62,954 nt of DNA, filler included, from Octopus bimaculoides (GCF_001194135.2; 5 parts of 5 records of this genome joined end to end with filler, not necessarily neighbours in it), one strand, 5' to 3'; shown: positions 39,582 through 53,232, counted from the first letter of the whole stretch. The notes: a model not told the origin generated them from the letters alone. A program made the numbers and translations.

Positions 39582-39656
<75 letters not shown>
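39425..39656 (+). mobile_element. SINE family A, 5'-truncated, well-conserved copy with (ATT)n tail
   Basis: gagttcaaattccgccgagg..tttcatcctttcggggtcgataaattaagtacca..ggccttgtgcctatagtagaaagg followed by (ATT)n. Confidence 0.85.
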
Positions 39657-39662
<6 letters not shown>

Positions 39663-39989
39663 AGGAGTTACCTCAGTCCTTTCTATATTAACCAAAATGA
39701 AGTAGATTGACAAATTTATTTTTTGAACTAGTTGAAGACACGCGAGATGTCGAAATATTGTTCACAAGATAACAAATGGCACTCTTCTTTTAATTTTGAC
39801 TCTATATCTTCAGGATAGGTTACCTCAATCCTTTCTCTATTAACCAAAATGAAGTAGATTGACAAATTTATTTTTTGAACCAGTTGAAGACACAAGAGAT
39901 GTCGAAATATTGTTCACAAGATAACAAATGGCACTCTTCTTTTAATTTTGATTCTATATCTTCAGGAGGAGTTACCTCAATCCTTTCTA

Positions 39990-39993
<4 letters not shown>
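39657..39993. repeat. Tandem repeat, 152-bp unit x ~2.2
   Basis: Units start at 39657, 39809 and 39961 (ttcagga...); very high identity; (TAT)n on both sides. Confidence 0.9.
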
Positions 39994-40052
<59 letters not shown>

Positions 40053-42295
40053 CATTAGTGACGGAAGCACTATTACTACCAAGAGTTAATCTTAATATCC
40101 AACTTAAGAAACATACCGAACCTATCAGCGTCGTGTAATAATGGACCAAACAATCTAATATCTATAGAAATAAAGAAACACGGTCATGTAGAAAGTACGA
40201 TGACTGAAATTAAGAATAAATGTTTATTAGTTATATTTTATACTATTTAAAAGCAGTAGGATAACATATAAGTAAAAACCGTAATTAGACCTGCTAATTG
40301 CATTTTAGAAGTATATATGCATTTAATACTCTTGATATAAATGAGTAAGAACCAATTATTGTATTCTACAGTGTGCGTCGGTATCGAAATCTCTAAGAAA
40401 ATAACAACGCCAAACTGTCAACGCAACAAAAGTTAAAATTAATTATCACCAATGAATGAAAGAAACATATATCAACATAAAATCTAAATACATGGGTTTG
40501 AAAAACGAAACAAATAATTCAAACAATATGAATAGTTCCATCTATAAAAAATATTAAAGGATAAAAGTATATAGGAAGTGGAGACAAAAAAATATTAAAA
40601 ACAACAGAACAAAATTGAACCAGCGCACTGCCTCCAGATCAGAAATATTAAAGATATTAAAAAATGAAACAATAGAAAATAACTGAAAAATCACCTGGAA
40701 TAAGCAAAATCGTAAATGTCTTGATACGCCATCTACGTCTTATACTCTCAGATTTTAATATAATAAATTACATGTCAGATACCAAAATAGCTGGCATATC
40801 AAAAAATAAGTATTCTAGCGAAATAAAGAAAAATAAAGGATTTCTGAAAGTATAGACCAATCGCAAGCTTTTCTACATTCTGTGCGACTTACAATACTTA
40901 TAACGATATATAACTATGTTAAGATAAACTTCTACCAAAAGAACAGAAGGGATACGAGAAGAATTAATTATAAATGCCGGTTACACTACAAAACAATATT
41001 ACAAAATTTTAGTTAAAAAATAAACTCGTGCTACCAAGATTGCCAACACACACTCATATATAAGATATCACATTCATGGATTTTTGCATCGATGAATATC
41101 TATTTATAAAGCTTGCATTCCCAAGTGAAGAAAAAATATAATTAAATTTAAAAAGACAATCTACCATAGATATTGAACATTTAGGGAATAATTACTCTTC
41201 TCTTATCTTATCTGTCTGGCTTTGTTCCGTTATATACAATCCTCAATTCAACAAGAATTAAAACTTTTTAGCAGAAACAAGGCCTGAACTACATCAAAGT
41301 AAACAACAGTTCAGAGACAGAGCTGAAAAGTCCTTTTTACTTTGAAAAATGTTATACAGCTTTCATCAACTTTGAGTTTGTAGTTTACAATTGTATAATT
41401 TTATACAATTGTGCAATTTTGTACAATTTTATATTATAGGAAACCCGTACTAATGCTAGAACCTCTTGCCTAATGTGGAATTCATAATTTTATATATAAA
41501 CTGAAATGATTAGTAAAATGAGGTACGCAATTGTTTTCTATACTTTTCTAATTGGTTTTACATTGAAATGAACCAGTAATGTTATATTTGAGACCTAGTG
41601 CACCGCGACATAAAAGAAAAAGAAACACTGCAGTAAATATTAACTCTTAAAGTTACAGCACAGGAATACTCTAATGCAGTGTTTACTAACTAGTTTCTTA
41701 CGAATTTAAGTTTTATCTAATTTTTCATTTTAGTACTAATCTTTATTAGGTGTCTTGGCCTCTGTCAAACTCCACTCAGCTAACTAACCAATCTGGTAAT
41801 TGTAGATTCCCCGTCCTAGAAATTATGCATTCAGCTTCAAGCATATAGGCTCCAGTCTAGAAGTTTATTGTGTCGTGAGTTGTGAACACGGGTCTAAGAA
41901 TATTATCTAAATAAATATTTGGATATGGTTATCTAGAATAACCTTTCGCAGAATTGATATGCTCACACAGAACGCACTCCGTACTACTCCAAACATAGTT
42001 ACGATATTAAACTCACACAGTAATCAATACGGATGATCAACGCTGTCAACTACTGACAGTTCGCACAGTTCTTTATTTTATTGAAATGCGTTAGTTCACT
42101 TTCAGTCACTTGGGGGTGGTGAGGACTCTTTCACAACAAAGTTCTAAGTTGGCTTTTAACTTAAAAAAATTATGGTGCATGGAACTAACTATCTGGAAAT
42201 ATGGAGAGCCAATCCTATTTTCCACTAGTGATTCTATCTAAAAGTGATATGCATAACGCACCATTTATCTCAGTTATAGCATTCAAGAAACTTAC

Positions 42296-42383
42296 CTTTG
42301 TCTCAACCTGAGCACTTTTAAGAGGCTTTAATACTTTTCTTTTCATCTGCCAATGAGAAGGATATACCCATGGATATTTCCAG
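42296..42383 (-). CDS. Candidate internal coding exon of an unidentified host gene (88 nt; WKYPWVYPSHWQMKRKVLKPLKSAQVETK)
   Basis: Acceptor acatttcttcatgcAG, perfect donor AAG|GTAAGT, only one of three frames open, non-repetitive. No homology recognised. Confidence 0.4.
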
Positions 42384-42996
42384 CTGCATGAAGAAATGTG
42401 GCTGCCCGGCTATTATTGTATTTACTATCATTACCATCTTCATCAACGTCATCATTATCATCATTATTATAACTATCATTGACTTCATCATTTTAAATTT
42501 CGCAGCTCTATTGAAAAATATCTTAAATACCCTCAGTTGTTATAGGGAGAGACATTTTATATGGGTGAAAGCTGGATACTTAGACTGCTCAGCAAGAAAT
42601 TATTGCTGCATTGTTAGCTTATAATTACTGAGAATTCTTGTTGGTTAATAATTACTGAGAATTCATGATCAGACCTGACACTGTAGACCTGTTATCTAAT
42701 TACTGCAGCCATCAGTATTCTAACTTATATTAAAGTAGTATCCCTTACTTTTTATACGATAAGATGTGATTTGAAGATTTGGCAGCTATTTCTACCATAT
42801 GGAAGGAGTACATAGACGATCCCTCAATACTCCTATCATTATCGGCATTGAAGTGATTGCATTGGTGATAGTAGGAGTGCTGCTGAATATATTGAAAAGG
42901 CGGGACGAAAGAAACAAAAAGAGAAAATAAAAGGACAATAAAGGGAAATAGCTGAAGAGAACTTCAGTAAATGAATAGTGATTTATAACTTCCATT

Positions 42997-43042
<46 letters not shown>

Positions 43043-43373
43043 NNNNNNNNNNNNNNNNNNNNNNNNNNNNNNNNNNNNNNNNNNNNNNNNNNNNNNNNNN
43101 NNNNNNNNNNNNNNNNNNNNNNNNNNNNNNNNNNNNNNNNNNNNNNNNNNNNNNNNNNNNNNNNNNNNNNNNNNNNNNNNNNNNNNNNNNNNNNNNNNNN
43201 NNNNNNNNNNNNNNNNNNNNNNNNNNNNNNNNNNNNNNNNNNNNNNNNNNNNNNNNNNNNNNNNNNNNNNNNNNNNNNNNNNNNNNNNNNNNNNNNNNNN
43301 NNNNNNNNNNNNNNTATATATATATATATATATATATATATTACATTTAATACATAATATAAATATAAGACGC

Positions 43374-43765
43374 AGGCGTGGCTGTGTGGTAAGAAGCTCG
43401 CTTTCCAACCACATAGCTCCGGGTTCAGTCCTTCTGTGTGGAACTCTGAGCAAGTGTCTTCTACTATAACCTCGGGCTGGCCAAAGCTTGTGAGCGGATT
43501 TTGAAACCCGTCGTATATGTATGTATGTATGTGTGTATGTGTGTGTGTCTTTGTGCTTGTCTCCCCTATCACCCTTTGACAACCGGTATTGGTGTGTTTA
43601 TGCACCCGTAGATTAGCGGTTCGGCAAAAGAGACCGATACATTAAGTACTAGGCTTAAAAATAAATCCTGGGTTCGATTGTTCGACTAAAATCCTTCCAT
43701 GCGGTGCTCCCACATGGCCGCAGTTAGATGACTTGAAGAAGTAAACGAATAAAAGAATAAAAGAA
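43374..43765 (+). mobile_element. SINE family B, near full length
   Basis: gcaggcgtggctgtgtggtaagaagc head, gggttcagtc B-box, CORE-like block, internal microsatellite, (AAAAGAAT)n tail. Confidence 0.85.
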
Positions 43766-43793
43766 TGTAAATATAGCATGCATAATATGTATA

Positions 43794-45025
43794 CAGGAAT
43801 TTCCTGTGTTACGGGAGAAAAATTTCGTAACGCAGAATAATTTTTCCCATTGATTTCCATATTATGAATTGAAAATGCGTTCCCACAAGTCTCTCTTATT
43901 TTTTCTTTTAGGAAACAACGCTAACAACAACAAAACAACACGTCCAGTTTTATGCATGTAAATAACAATTTCTAAACATACACAATACAATTCGTAAACA
44001 CAGAAACAGTTCAAAAGGAATACGTAAGGGGATAAATAAGAATTTTAATATCGTTATAGAGTCGTTCTTACCACATATGATGTTGACTATCATGTGAGAG
44101 TTAGTGTTTGAATGAGAGTTACTGGGAGGATTAAGGAAACTATCTTCTATCTTATAGTTCATCATCAATACCTACTTATCCAAAATTGCTTGATATTTAT
44201 GATGTGTCATCTCTTTGTATATCTCACTGAAAGAATTGAGCTCATTGTAAATCCTTCCTGTAATCTTTATGAACGGTCGCGATTAAAGTTAAAATCTATA
44301 TGTTCCAATCCTTTAGCAATATTCTTCGTAGTGAATTTAAGTGGCGTCGGTTGCAGTTCAGTATTTCCATCAGTATTCTCAGCTTGCTCTTGTTCTTAGA
44401 GCATCAGCTCCTCATTAGATAAACTTTCTGTTTGGGACCCTTGCAATTCAACTACATCCTCTAAGGCTTCTTGAAATCCTATATAAACTGCAAGGTATCT
44501 CTCCGAATTTAAAGTAAACTTTCCGCCTGAGAAAACTTGCAAAGTCGCGGATAAAGTCTGGTTACGTATTTTAACAAGCACCATTCAAAGTTGAGGGTTT
44601 CATTTCATCGTATGATGCAACTATATTAACCACAACATCCATTATGTTGAACATCTTTCAGATGTCTCTAACTATATGTTTGTACTCCCTGTCAATTGTT
44701 TTCATAAGTTGTTTGAAAATTCGCAGATAATAATGCCTTCCATCACAGTTTGATAAAAGTTTTATTCTTTGGGATTTATTGTAACATTATCAGAAAGGTC
44801 ATTTAAGTTCACTGGGTTGTTTAAAAGGAGTAATGCTTTGTTGGAAATATTGTCAGGCACTCTTACTTTCTATGGCATGACAAAAAATGTTTGTAAACGA
44901 TTTTTCGAAACTCTATAAGTCATCCATGCCTTCTTATTTGAACTCCAAATGAGAAGTACATTAAATTTTGCATAACCCTTGAACGCTCTTGGATTTTCTG
45001 AGCGATGCACAAACTGCTGGTGCTC
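43794..45025 (-). mobile_element. Tigger/pogo (Tc1-mariner superfamily) DNA transposon relic: DDE domain C-half and one end
   Basis: HRSENPRAFKG..IWSSNKKAWMT..NKALLLLNNP..MFNIMDVV..ASYDEMKPSTLNGA matches DDE_1 Tigger motifs; TA|CAGGAATTTCCTGTGTTACG at 43792 resembles a Tigger terminus. Confidence 0.75.
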
Positions 45026-45029
45026 TATT

Positions 45030-45530
45030 TCTGGTGGGTAATTTGGCCCTAGTAAGAATTTTTTAAGACTTCGGTTGTCTTTTATTTTTAATTATTTAGT
45101 GGGTTTTGAGAATCTTTTTCATTTGAGAGCCGTTCATCGAAAAAGGAATGTTCTGATTGAAGATGTATGCTTCTGCATTTTTTGGAGTGTGTTGATGTAT
45201 CAGGGAACGTATTGAATGTATTAGGCACGTTTCGTAGTTCTTGAGTGTCTACCGTTTTTGCACGTTCCATTCCGTTATTGATTAAAGTTACTGGGTATTG
45301 TCTTTTGAGTAATATACTTTTCAGTTTTGGAAGTTGTTTCTCCCAGGTTTCGAGATTTTATAAATTTATGCAAATTCTTCTTATTAAGCTTAAAGTTATA
45401 TTTATTTTCGTATGTTTTAGATGGTTGGAAGAAAACAGCAGATATTGTTTTGAGTCTTGGTTTGAAGATGCCCGTTTTAATGTTCGTATTGGTTTTTATG
45501 TTTATGATGTTAGAGAAGGGTAGTCATATT
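45030..45530 (-). mobile_element. Penelope-like element fragment (RT C-terminus and linker toward GIY-YIG)
   Basis: LPFSNI..DSKQYLLFSSNHLKHTKINITLSLIRRICI..LKSILLKRQYPVTLINNGMERAK..ELR..KRQPKS.KILTRAK; typical PLE thumb/linker motifs. Confidence 0.75.
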
Positions 45531-45710
45531 TACCGTATGCAATAGTAAAATGGATACAATGTTTTAAAATGTTAAACTCAGAGGTGATCATCCAGACTGT
45601 GTATCTAAGGAATTAAACAATTATCTTCTTCATGATAGGTCATGTCACAATATAGAGATACTGTACTGTAATGTTCTGAGTTCATAATTACACGTTTCTT
45701 TAATATGCGC

Positions 45711-45794
<84 letters not shown>

Positions 45795-46027
45795 TCATCA
45801 TTCTTAAGATCACTGATATATATATAGAGAGAGAGAGAGAGAAAGAGAGAGACAGAGAGAGACGAAAGATAGACAGAGAGAGAAAGCCAGTGGAGACAAA
45901 CATATATATGCATGAATCTATAAAGAGGAAAGGGAGAGAATCATATGNNNNNNNNNNNNNNNNNNNNNNNNNNNNNNNNNNNNNNNNNNNNTTAATTAAT
46001 TAANNNNNNNNNNNNNNNNNNNNNNNN

Positions 46028-46787
46028 NNNNNNNNNNNNNNNNNNNNACCACCATCTTCACTGTTATCACCACAACCACCGCCATCACTACAACCAATGC
46101 CGCCGTCAACACCGCCACCGTCAACACCACCACCATCACCATCACCACAATCACTGCCATCAACACCGGCGCCATGAACACCACCGCCATCACCATCACC
46201 TGTACCATCACCTGCACCATCACCGCCGCCGATATCAACACCACCTCAGCCACCACCACTACCGTTATCACCACCACCGCCAACATCATCGAAACTGCCA
46301 TCATCATCATCATCATCATCATCATCACCACTGCCAACACCACCATCGCCCTCGTCACCATTAGCACCACCACCATGACCATCACCACTCCCACCATCAC
46401 TACAACTAGACAGCCCCCCCACACACACACACTCACACAATACCAGCGAACCCACCGCCATCGAGATGACAATCAGCATACCTTGAACCATCATTATCAT
46501 CATCACCAACGTGGCCTCCGCTTTTATAGCAACAACGGCGCAAACCCATGCCCACCATGCGTAACAACAACAACATGCACAAGAATAACATTATAAGGAA
46601 ACACCAACATGTCCACCACCACATACCCAAAACCCTCATTACCATCAAGTATCAGCGTCACTACCATTGCCGCAACCGCATCCGCATCCGCAGACGCCGT
46701 TACCAGTAGCACTATTTCCTTCTTTCGTAAAAGCAACGCTATTACGAAGACCAGTCCCCTCATCGCCACCATTTGTAGAGAGACCGT
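46028..46787. repeat. Degenerate (CAC/CAT)-rich low-complexity region
   Basis: Direct reading; gives poly-T, poly-V and poly-H pseudo-ORFs. Confidence 0.8.
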
Positions 46788-49229
46788 NNNNNNNNNNNNN
46801 NNNNNNNNNNNNNNNNNNNNNNNNNNNNNNNNNNNNNNNNNNNNNNNNNNNNNNNNNNNNNNNNNNNNNNNNNNNNNNNNNNNNNNNNNNNNNNNNNNNN
46901 NNNNNNNNNNNNNNNNNNNNNNNNNNNNNNNNNNNNNNNNNNNNNNNNNNNNNNNNNNNNNNNNNNNNNNNNNNNNNNNNNNNNNNNNNNNNNNNNNNNN
47001 NNNNNNNNNNNNNNNNNNNNNNNNNNNNNNNNNNNNNNNNNNNNNNNNNNNNNNNNNNNNNNNNNNNNNNNNNNNNNNNNNNNNNNNNNNNNNNNNNNNN
47101 NNNNNNNNNNNNNNNNNNNNNNNNNNNNNNNNNNNNNNNNNNNNNNNNNNNNNNNNNNNNNNNNNNNNNNNNNNNNNNNNNNNNNNNNNNNNNNNNNNNN
47201 NNNNNNNNNNNNNNNNNNNNNNNNNNNNNNNNNNNNNNNNNNNNNNNNNNNNNNNNNNNNNNNNNNNNNNNNNNNNNNNNNNNNNNNNNNNNNNNNNNNN
47301 NNNNNNNNNNNNNNNNNNNNNNNNNNNNNNNNNNNNNNNNNNNNNNNNNNNNNNNNNNNNNNNNNNNNNNNNNNNNNNNNNNNNNNNNNNNNNNNNNNNN
47401 NNNNNNNNNNNATATATATATATATATTTACACACACACGCATATATATACATATATAAATATACATATATATACATATATAAATATGTATGTATGCATG
47501 TATATATCTATACCAATACCAGCGTCGCCACCACCATCGTTTCCATCGAAAACATCCTCATTAGCTAAATAACAACCAATAGCATCATCCACATAAACAC
47601 CACCACCACCACCACATACAACGCCATCATTACCACCACCACCACCACCACTACCACCACTACCGCCGGTCCCCACCACCTCCACCACAACCACCTCAGC
47701 CGTCTTCATCTACATCAGCAACACTAATTACAGCAAAGCTAAATACAATCCCTTTTCATCACATTATCACGAGCCGTACCTCCACAAAATATTATACGAT
47801 GCATGCAAAGCAATGGTATTTAACAATGAACATAATTTCATTGTTAAGATAATCAAATAGTTTCTTTCCAAATGGTTTTCTATGGATAAGGACCGGAAAC
47901 AGAATGGCGAGAACGAAGAAACAATGGCGTTTAACAGAGGAAGGTAAGTGTGTAAAGGATAACGTTAGTACGAAACAAACGATATAGAGATAGCAAGCAA
48001 TTGAATAACATGGCATGCAAGCAGGTTATCAGGCTTTCAATGGGTGGTGAAGAGAGACAGAGAGAGAGAGAGAGAGGAAAAGAGAAATGAAGAGAGTGGA
48101 AGAGAGAGAGGCAGAGAGAGATGTGGAAACGGAGCTGTGTGAGCGGCGTAGAAGTGTGTGAGGGTGGGTAAAACCGAAAGCGGGAAAGAAGATATGAAGA
48201 AAGAGCAGGAAGGAACACATCACACACGCGCGCGCGCGCGCACACACACACACACACACAAATATGTGTATGTATATATATATATATATATATATNNNNN
48301 NNNNNNNNNNNNNNNNNNNNNNNNNNNNNNNNNNNNNNNNNNNNNNNNNNNNNNNNNNNNNNNNNNNNNNNNNNNNNNNNNNNNNNNNNNNNNNNNNNNN
48401 NNNNNNNNNNNNNNNNNNNNNNNNNNNNNNNNNNNNNNNNNNNNNNNNNNNNNNNNNNNNNNNNNNNNNNNNNNNNNNNNNNNNNNNNNNNNNNNNNNNN
48501 NNNNNNNNNNNNNNNNNNNNNNNNNNNNNNNNNNNNNNNNNNNNNNNNNNNNNNNNNNNNNNNNNNNNNNNNNNNNNNNNNNNNNNNNNNNNNNNNNNNN
48601 NNNNNNNNNNNNNNNNNNNNNNNNNNNNNNNNNNNNNNNNNNNNNNNNNNNNNNNNNNNNNNNNNNNNNNNNNNNNNNNNNNNNNNNNNNNNNNNNNNNN
48701 NNNNNNNNNNNNNNNNNNNNNNNNNNNNNNNNNNNNNNNNNNNNNNNNNNNNNNNNNNNNNNNNNNNNNNNNNNNNNNNNNNNNNNNNNNNNNNNNNNNN
48801 NNNNNNNNNNNNNNNNNNNNNNNNNNNNNNNNNNNNNNNNNNNNNNNNNNNNNNNNNNNNNNNNNNNNNNNNNNNNNNNNNNNNNNNNNNNNNNNNNNNN
48901 NNNNNNNNNNNNNNNNNNNNNNNNNNNNNNNNNNNNNNNNNNNNNNNNNNNNNNNNNNNNNNNNNNNNNNNNNNNNNNNNNNNNNNNNNNNNNNAGGAGG
49001 AGGAGGAGAAGAAGGAGGAGGAGGAGGTGGAGGAAGGTCTCAACCAAGACTATTAATATGATCAAGAGTTTTATCATAATAGTAATTAGAAAATTTGTAA
49101 TTTTCAACATTCTCCTCGACCAGCTACTCCCCCCCCCACCGTCTTTCCTTTTTCCCTGCCGACAGCTCCCCGACACTTAGCTACCCCTACCTTAACTATC
49201 AATCATATCTGTCTGGATCCCTATCATTT

Positions 49230-49924
49230 TCATTACATTTTCTTTGAGTCCACCACAGTCATCGTCTTGAACACCATCATCATCAGCAGCAGCAGCATCA
49301 CGTGATGGTCATCATCATCACCACCATCATCGCCATCACCTTCATTAATATTGTCGACGCCGTCATTATCGTCGTGGTTATTGTCGTCATAGACATCCTC
49401 ACCGCCATCGTCGTCGTCGTCGTTATACACGTCTTCCTCCTCCTACTTGTTCTCTTCGTTCTCTTCTTCCTCTATATCATCATCCGCCATCATTAACAGT
49501 CATCACCCATTATCCGCGTCATCACCATCATCACCATCAACATACATAATCCACTTCATCATCATCATTATCAGCCCCATCATCCTTCGTCCTCGTCATC
49601 ATCATCTTCATCCAACTCCCCATCTTCACCATCTTCCTCCTCGCCTTCATCATCATCATCATCATTACCATCATCATTATCATCATCGACTTCGTCATCG
49701 TTATCATCATCATCATCATCATCGTCGTCCTCATCATCATCAATATCACCACAAAAGCCACAACTATAATCATAACCATCATCATCAGCATTCTCCAACT
49801 CACCATCCTCATCCTCCTCATCATCACTATTTTCCTCCTTCCCTTCTTCATCAACATCATCATCATTATCATCATCCTCGTGCACATCCTCAACCTGCTC
49901 ATTCCCTTCTTCCTCGTCATCGTT

Positions 49925-49955
<31 letters not shown>

Positions 49956-50010
49956 CCAGCACAAAAGCCACTACCGTAATCATAACCTTCATCATCATAA
50001 TCGTTATGGT
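49230..50010. repeat. Degenerate (CAT/CGT/CCT) low-complexity region
   Basis: Direct reading. Confidence 0.85.
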
Positions 50011-50604
50011 TCTCATCCAACTTTACAGACATACTGCGATTGCCCAAATGGCCTTGAACATATTGAGGGTTGAACACGAGGAAGAATCTTGCAAAAGGAG
50101 TAACCTTGTCAAACGATAGATAGATGTGTGTGTGAATGTATGTGTGTTTCTGTGTGTGTTAAAAGAAAGTGGTAGTCGGAATATTAGATAATTATTTATT
50201 AACGTCTTCATCACGTTCATCTCTGTGATTCAACAGATATGAATATTTTACAGAAAATGTTATGCCTTTCATGAAAATCTGGGAAGAGAATTTTCTTTTG
50301 TTCTCTATATGCGTGTAGGTATGAATGCCTGAATGTGTATATATGTGCCCTTATGCGTGTGCAATAACAATAAGAGAGAGCGAGAGAGAGAGAGATATGA
50401 TTTCAAAACAATCTTGAAACGTTGTTAATTTCGGAGAGCCGTAAAACAATTGACCATTAAGCAACAATAAAAGGTATTTCCCTTCTCTCCTTCATTCTAC
50501 TTGTCTTCCTCTTATCTTTCTTTCTGCCTTTCTTTCTTTTTCCTTTTTCTTTCCACCTGTCTTACGCTTTCATTTCCTATACATATACATATACATACAC
50601 ATAT

Positions 50605-50770
50605 ATAGGGAGAATTTACAAAAAAACATAAGACGAAGACGGCTGTATAAACAACAAACAGATGTATTAGTTTAACGCTCGGAAAGTGACAAAGTCTTTT
50701 ACGTTTCATGCCTACGCTCTTCGATAGAAAGGAACACAGAAATAAACAGGAGAGAAAATAGAAAAAGGTT
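50605..50770 (-). repeat. ~170-bp repeat with fossil hammerhead-like core, copy 2
   Basis: Minus strand CUAUCGAAGAGCGUAGGCAUGAAACG at 50702-50727; colinear with 32290-32460. Confidence 0.65.
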
Positions 50771-51899
50771 TACTGGCTAGCAATCTATCATGGCGAATGC
50801 CGGACAGAGGGGTCAAACAGTAGAGCTAGGAAGTAGGGGAGATAATAAAGAAGTGGTGCACGTGCATGTGTATGTGAAAGCGTGTGTGTGCGTGTGGAAG
50901 GGGACTGGTGACATTGACGTGTGAGTGTGTGCATGTGTAGGTGTGTGGATAATGGTGTAGATGCTGGGAAGTGGTCAGTGCTAGTGTGTGCGCTGGTGTG
51001 GGTGCTTGGAAGGGATTAGTGGTGGGGTGTGGTAGTGTTTAGGTGTAGGGGAGGCGAGAGTGGGGGAAGCAAGGGTGGGGATATATGGGATGTGGTGGGG
51101 GTGGGAATGGATTATATATTTGTATATATATATATATATGTATATATATATGTATATNNNNNNNNNNNNNNNNNNNNNNNNNNNNNNNNNNNNNNNNNNN
51201 NTTAATTAATTAANNNNNNNNNNNNNNNNNNNNNNNNNNNNNNNNNNNNNNNNNNNNGAATGAGAGTATTTAATTAATAGTCGTAATTCTTTTAAGCGCA
51301 TAAAGTACAAAAAGAAGATCAATGACCATAAAAGAAGAAGAAGAAGAAGACGTGGGAGACGAAGAAGGTGTAGTAGGAAGAGCAAGAATTGATTGAAAAT
51401 GAAGAGATAGACGAAAGGGAAGAAGATTCGTAAGGAGTAGAGCAACAACAGGTGGGGGCCAGGCACACACAAACAATTACACATTACTATCAAAGGAGAT
51501 TGAGAATGTAAAGAGAAACAAGAACGTAACGCAAAAGAAAATGGGAAGGTTTTAAATATTTAGGGATATATTGTCAATGAAAATTTTCAACAAGTCTTAT
51601 CCAACTTACAGATATACTAAACTGGGAAGGTCACTGAAGGATCCCACTTGAAGTTTCTCCATACCATTTCCATTCAAAAATCTATAAGATAAAAGGTTGG
51701 AAAGGAGATTTATTGTAAAATATTATGATTGAAGTGTCTATAAAATAAAATATTAGATGATTAGAAAATGTATAGAAGTGTTTTATTATAAAATGTAAAA
51801 TATGGTGGCTAAACAATAACTTGGTGTAGGAAAAGGAATGTAGATGAGGATAAAGATGATGATGATATTAAGGAATAGGAGAAGCAGGTGTATGAGAAT

Positions 51900-52920
51900 G
51901 GAGGTTGTGGTGGTGTGGATGAAAATGAGGTAGAGACTGAGGACAGGAGGACAGTGATAGTGTTGATGAAGATAATGGTGTTGTGATAACGATGAGGATG
52001 AGGGCGTGTGTGGTGATGATGATGATGAGGATTATGATGATTTTGATGACAGCTGTGAAGCTGGCGCTGTTTCTGTTGACGATGACAATGAATATGTTGA
52101 TGACGATAAAATTAAGGATGTGGAAAAGGGCGGAGGTGATAATTGTAATATTGATGATAGCGATGGTGAATACAATGAGAATGTCGATAGAAAAGAAAAA
52201 CGGAGAAAGCCAGAAAAACATGATGTGAAAGAAATTTGAGAGGGACGGATTGGAAAAAAAAAATGTTGAAAGAAGAGTGTAAAGGAAGGGGAGGAGAATA
52301 AAAAGAACAGGATAAGGTGATGGGGAAGGGGTTGGTGCAAAAGTACAAGAGAATAAGGAACAGAAGGAGAACAAAACAAGAACAAGAACCGGTCTGGGTG
52401 GAACAGGAATGTGAAAAATACAACCGGATAAAGTGGGGTTGAGATCTAGAAGAAGCTCAAAATCAAGAAGGATGAGTAGAATATGAAGAATGAGATGAGG
52501 ATGATCAAGCAGCAGAACAGATTTAATAGGAATAAAACAGGTGACGGAAAGAAACAATAAAGAATAGTCAGATAATGAAGGAAGGGAAATAAATAGAGGG
52601 AGAAAATAGGAGAAAAAGAATAAGACAAGGAAGAAGAAAAAGGAAAAGAAGAAAAGGAAGAACGAAAAATATATAGGAGAGAAAAACATGAAGAAGAACG
52701 AAAAGAAGAAGATGATGATGATGATGGTGAAGGGGAAGGAGAACGAGGAGGAGGAGAAGGAGAAAAAGAAGGTGGAGAAGAAAAAGAAGAAAGCGAAAAG
52801 AAGAAAAGAACCAAGAATCAGTTTAAGTTGAAGCAAAAAACGAAGATAATAAAAGAAGAAGAAGAAGAAGAAGAAGAAGAAGAAGAAGAAGAAGAAGAAG
52901 AAGAAGAAGAGAAGGAGGAG
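51900..52920. repeat. Purine-rich (GAT/GAA/GAG) low-complexity region ending in (GAA)n
   Basis: Direct reading. Confidence 0.85.
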
Positions 52921-53097
52921 AAATGTCTAGGATGGTAATAAGTGGTGATGGAGACGTAAATACTGTACATGATATACAGACCGAATTACACATACATTTT
53001 GATATACTCCTATGCACCACACATCCATACACAGACAAACGTATATATACACATAAGCAAGAGGGAAATATTTTCCCTCCTAATTGATACAGCCATA

Positions 53098-53232
53098 TCC
53101 TGAATCTGAGGAATGGGCCCTCGCTCGTTTTCACAAACAATAAAACACCTTTTGGACAAAGACAGATTTCACACATACATACACAGGTACAGATTTATGC
53201 AGAAAATAGTTCCCCTGATCTATCATGCTCTC
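53098..53232 (+). repeat. Direct repeat copy 1 (~135 bp), partner at 55212-55343
   Basis: gaatctgaggaatgggcc.tcgctcg..ttcacaaacaataaaa.acc.tttggacaaagacagattt shared. Confidence 0.85.

Noticed and set aside
40700-41250. Possible ancient RT remnant
   Set aside because: Too degraded to assign by eye.
51868-52836. 322-aa Phe/Ser/Leu-rich ORF resembling a membrane protein
   Set aside because: Reverse complement of a GA-rich low-complexity tract.
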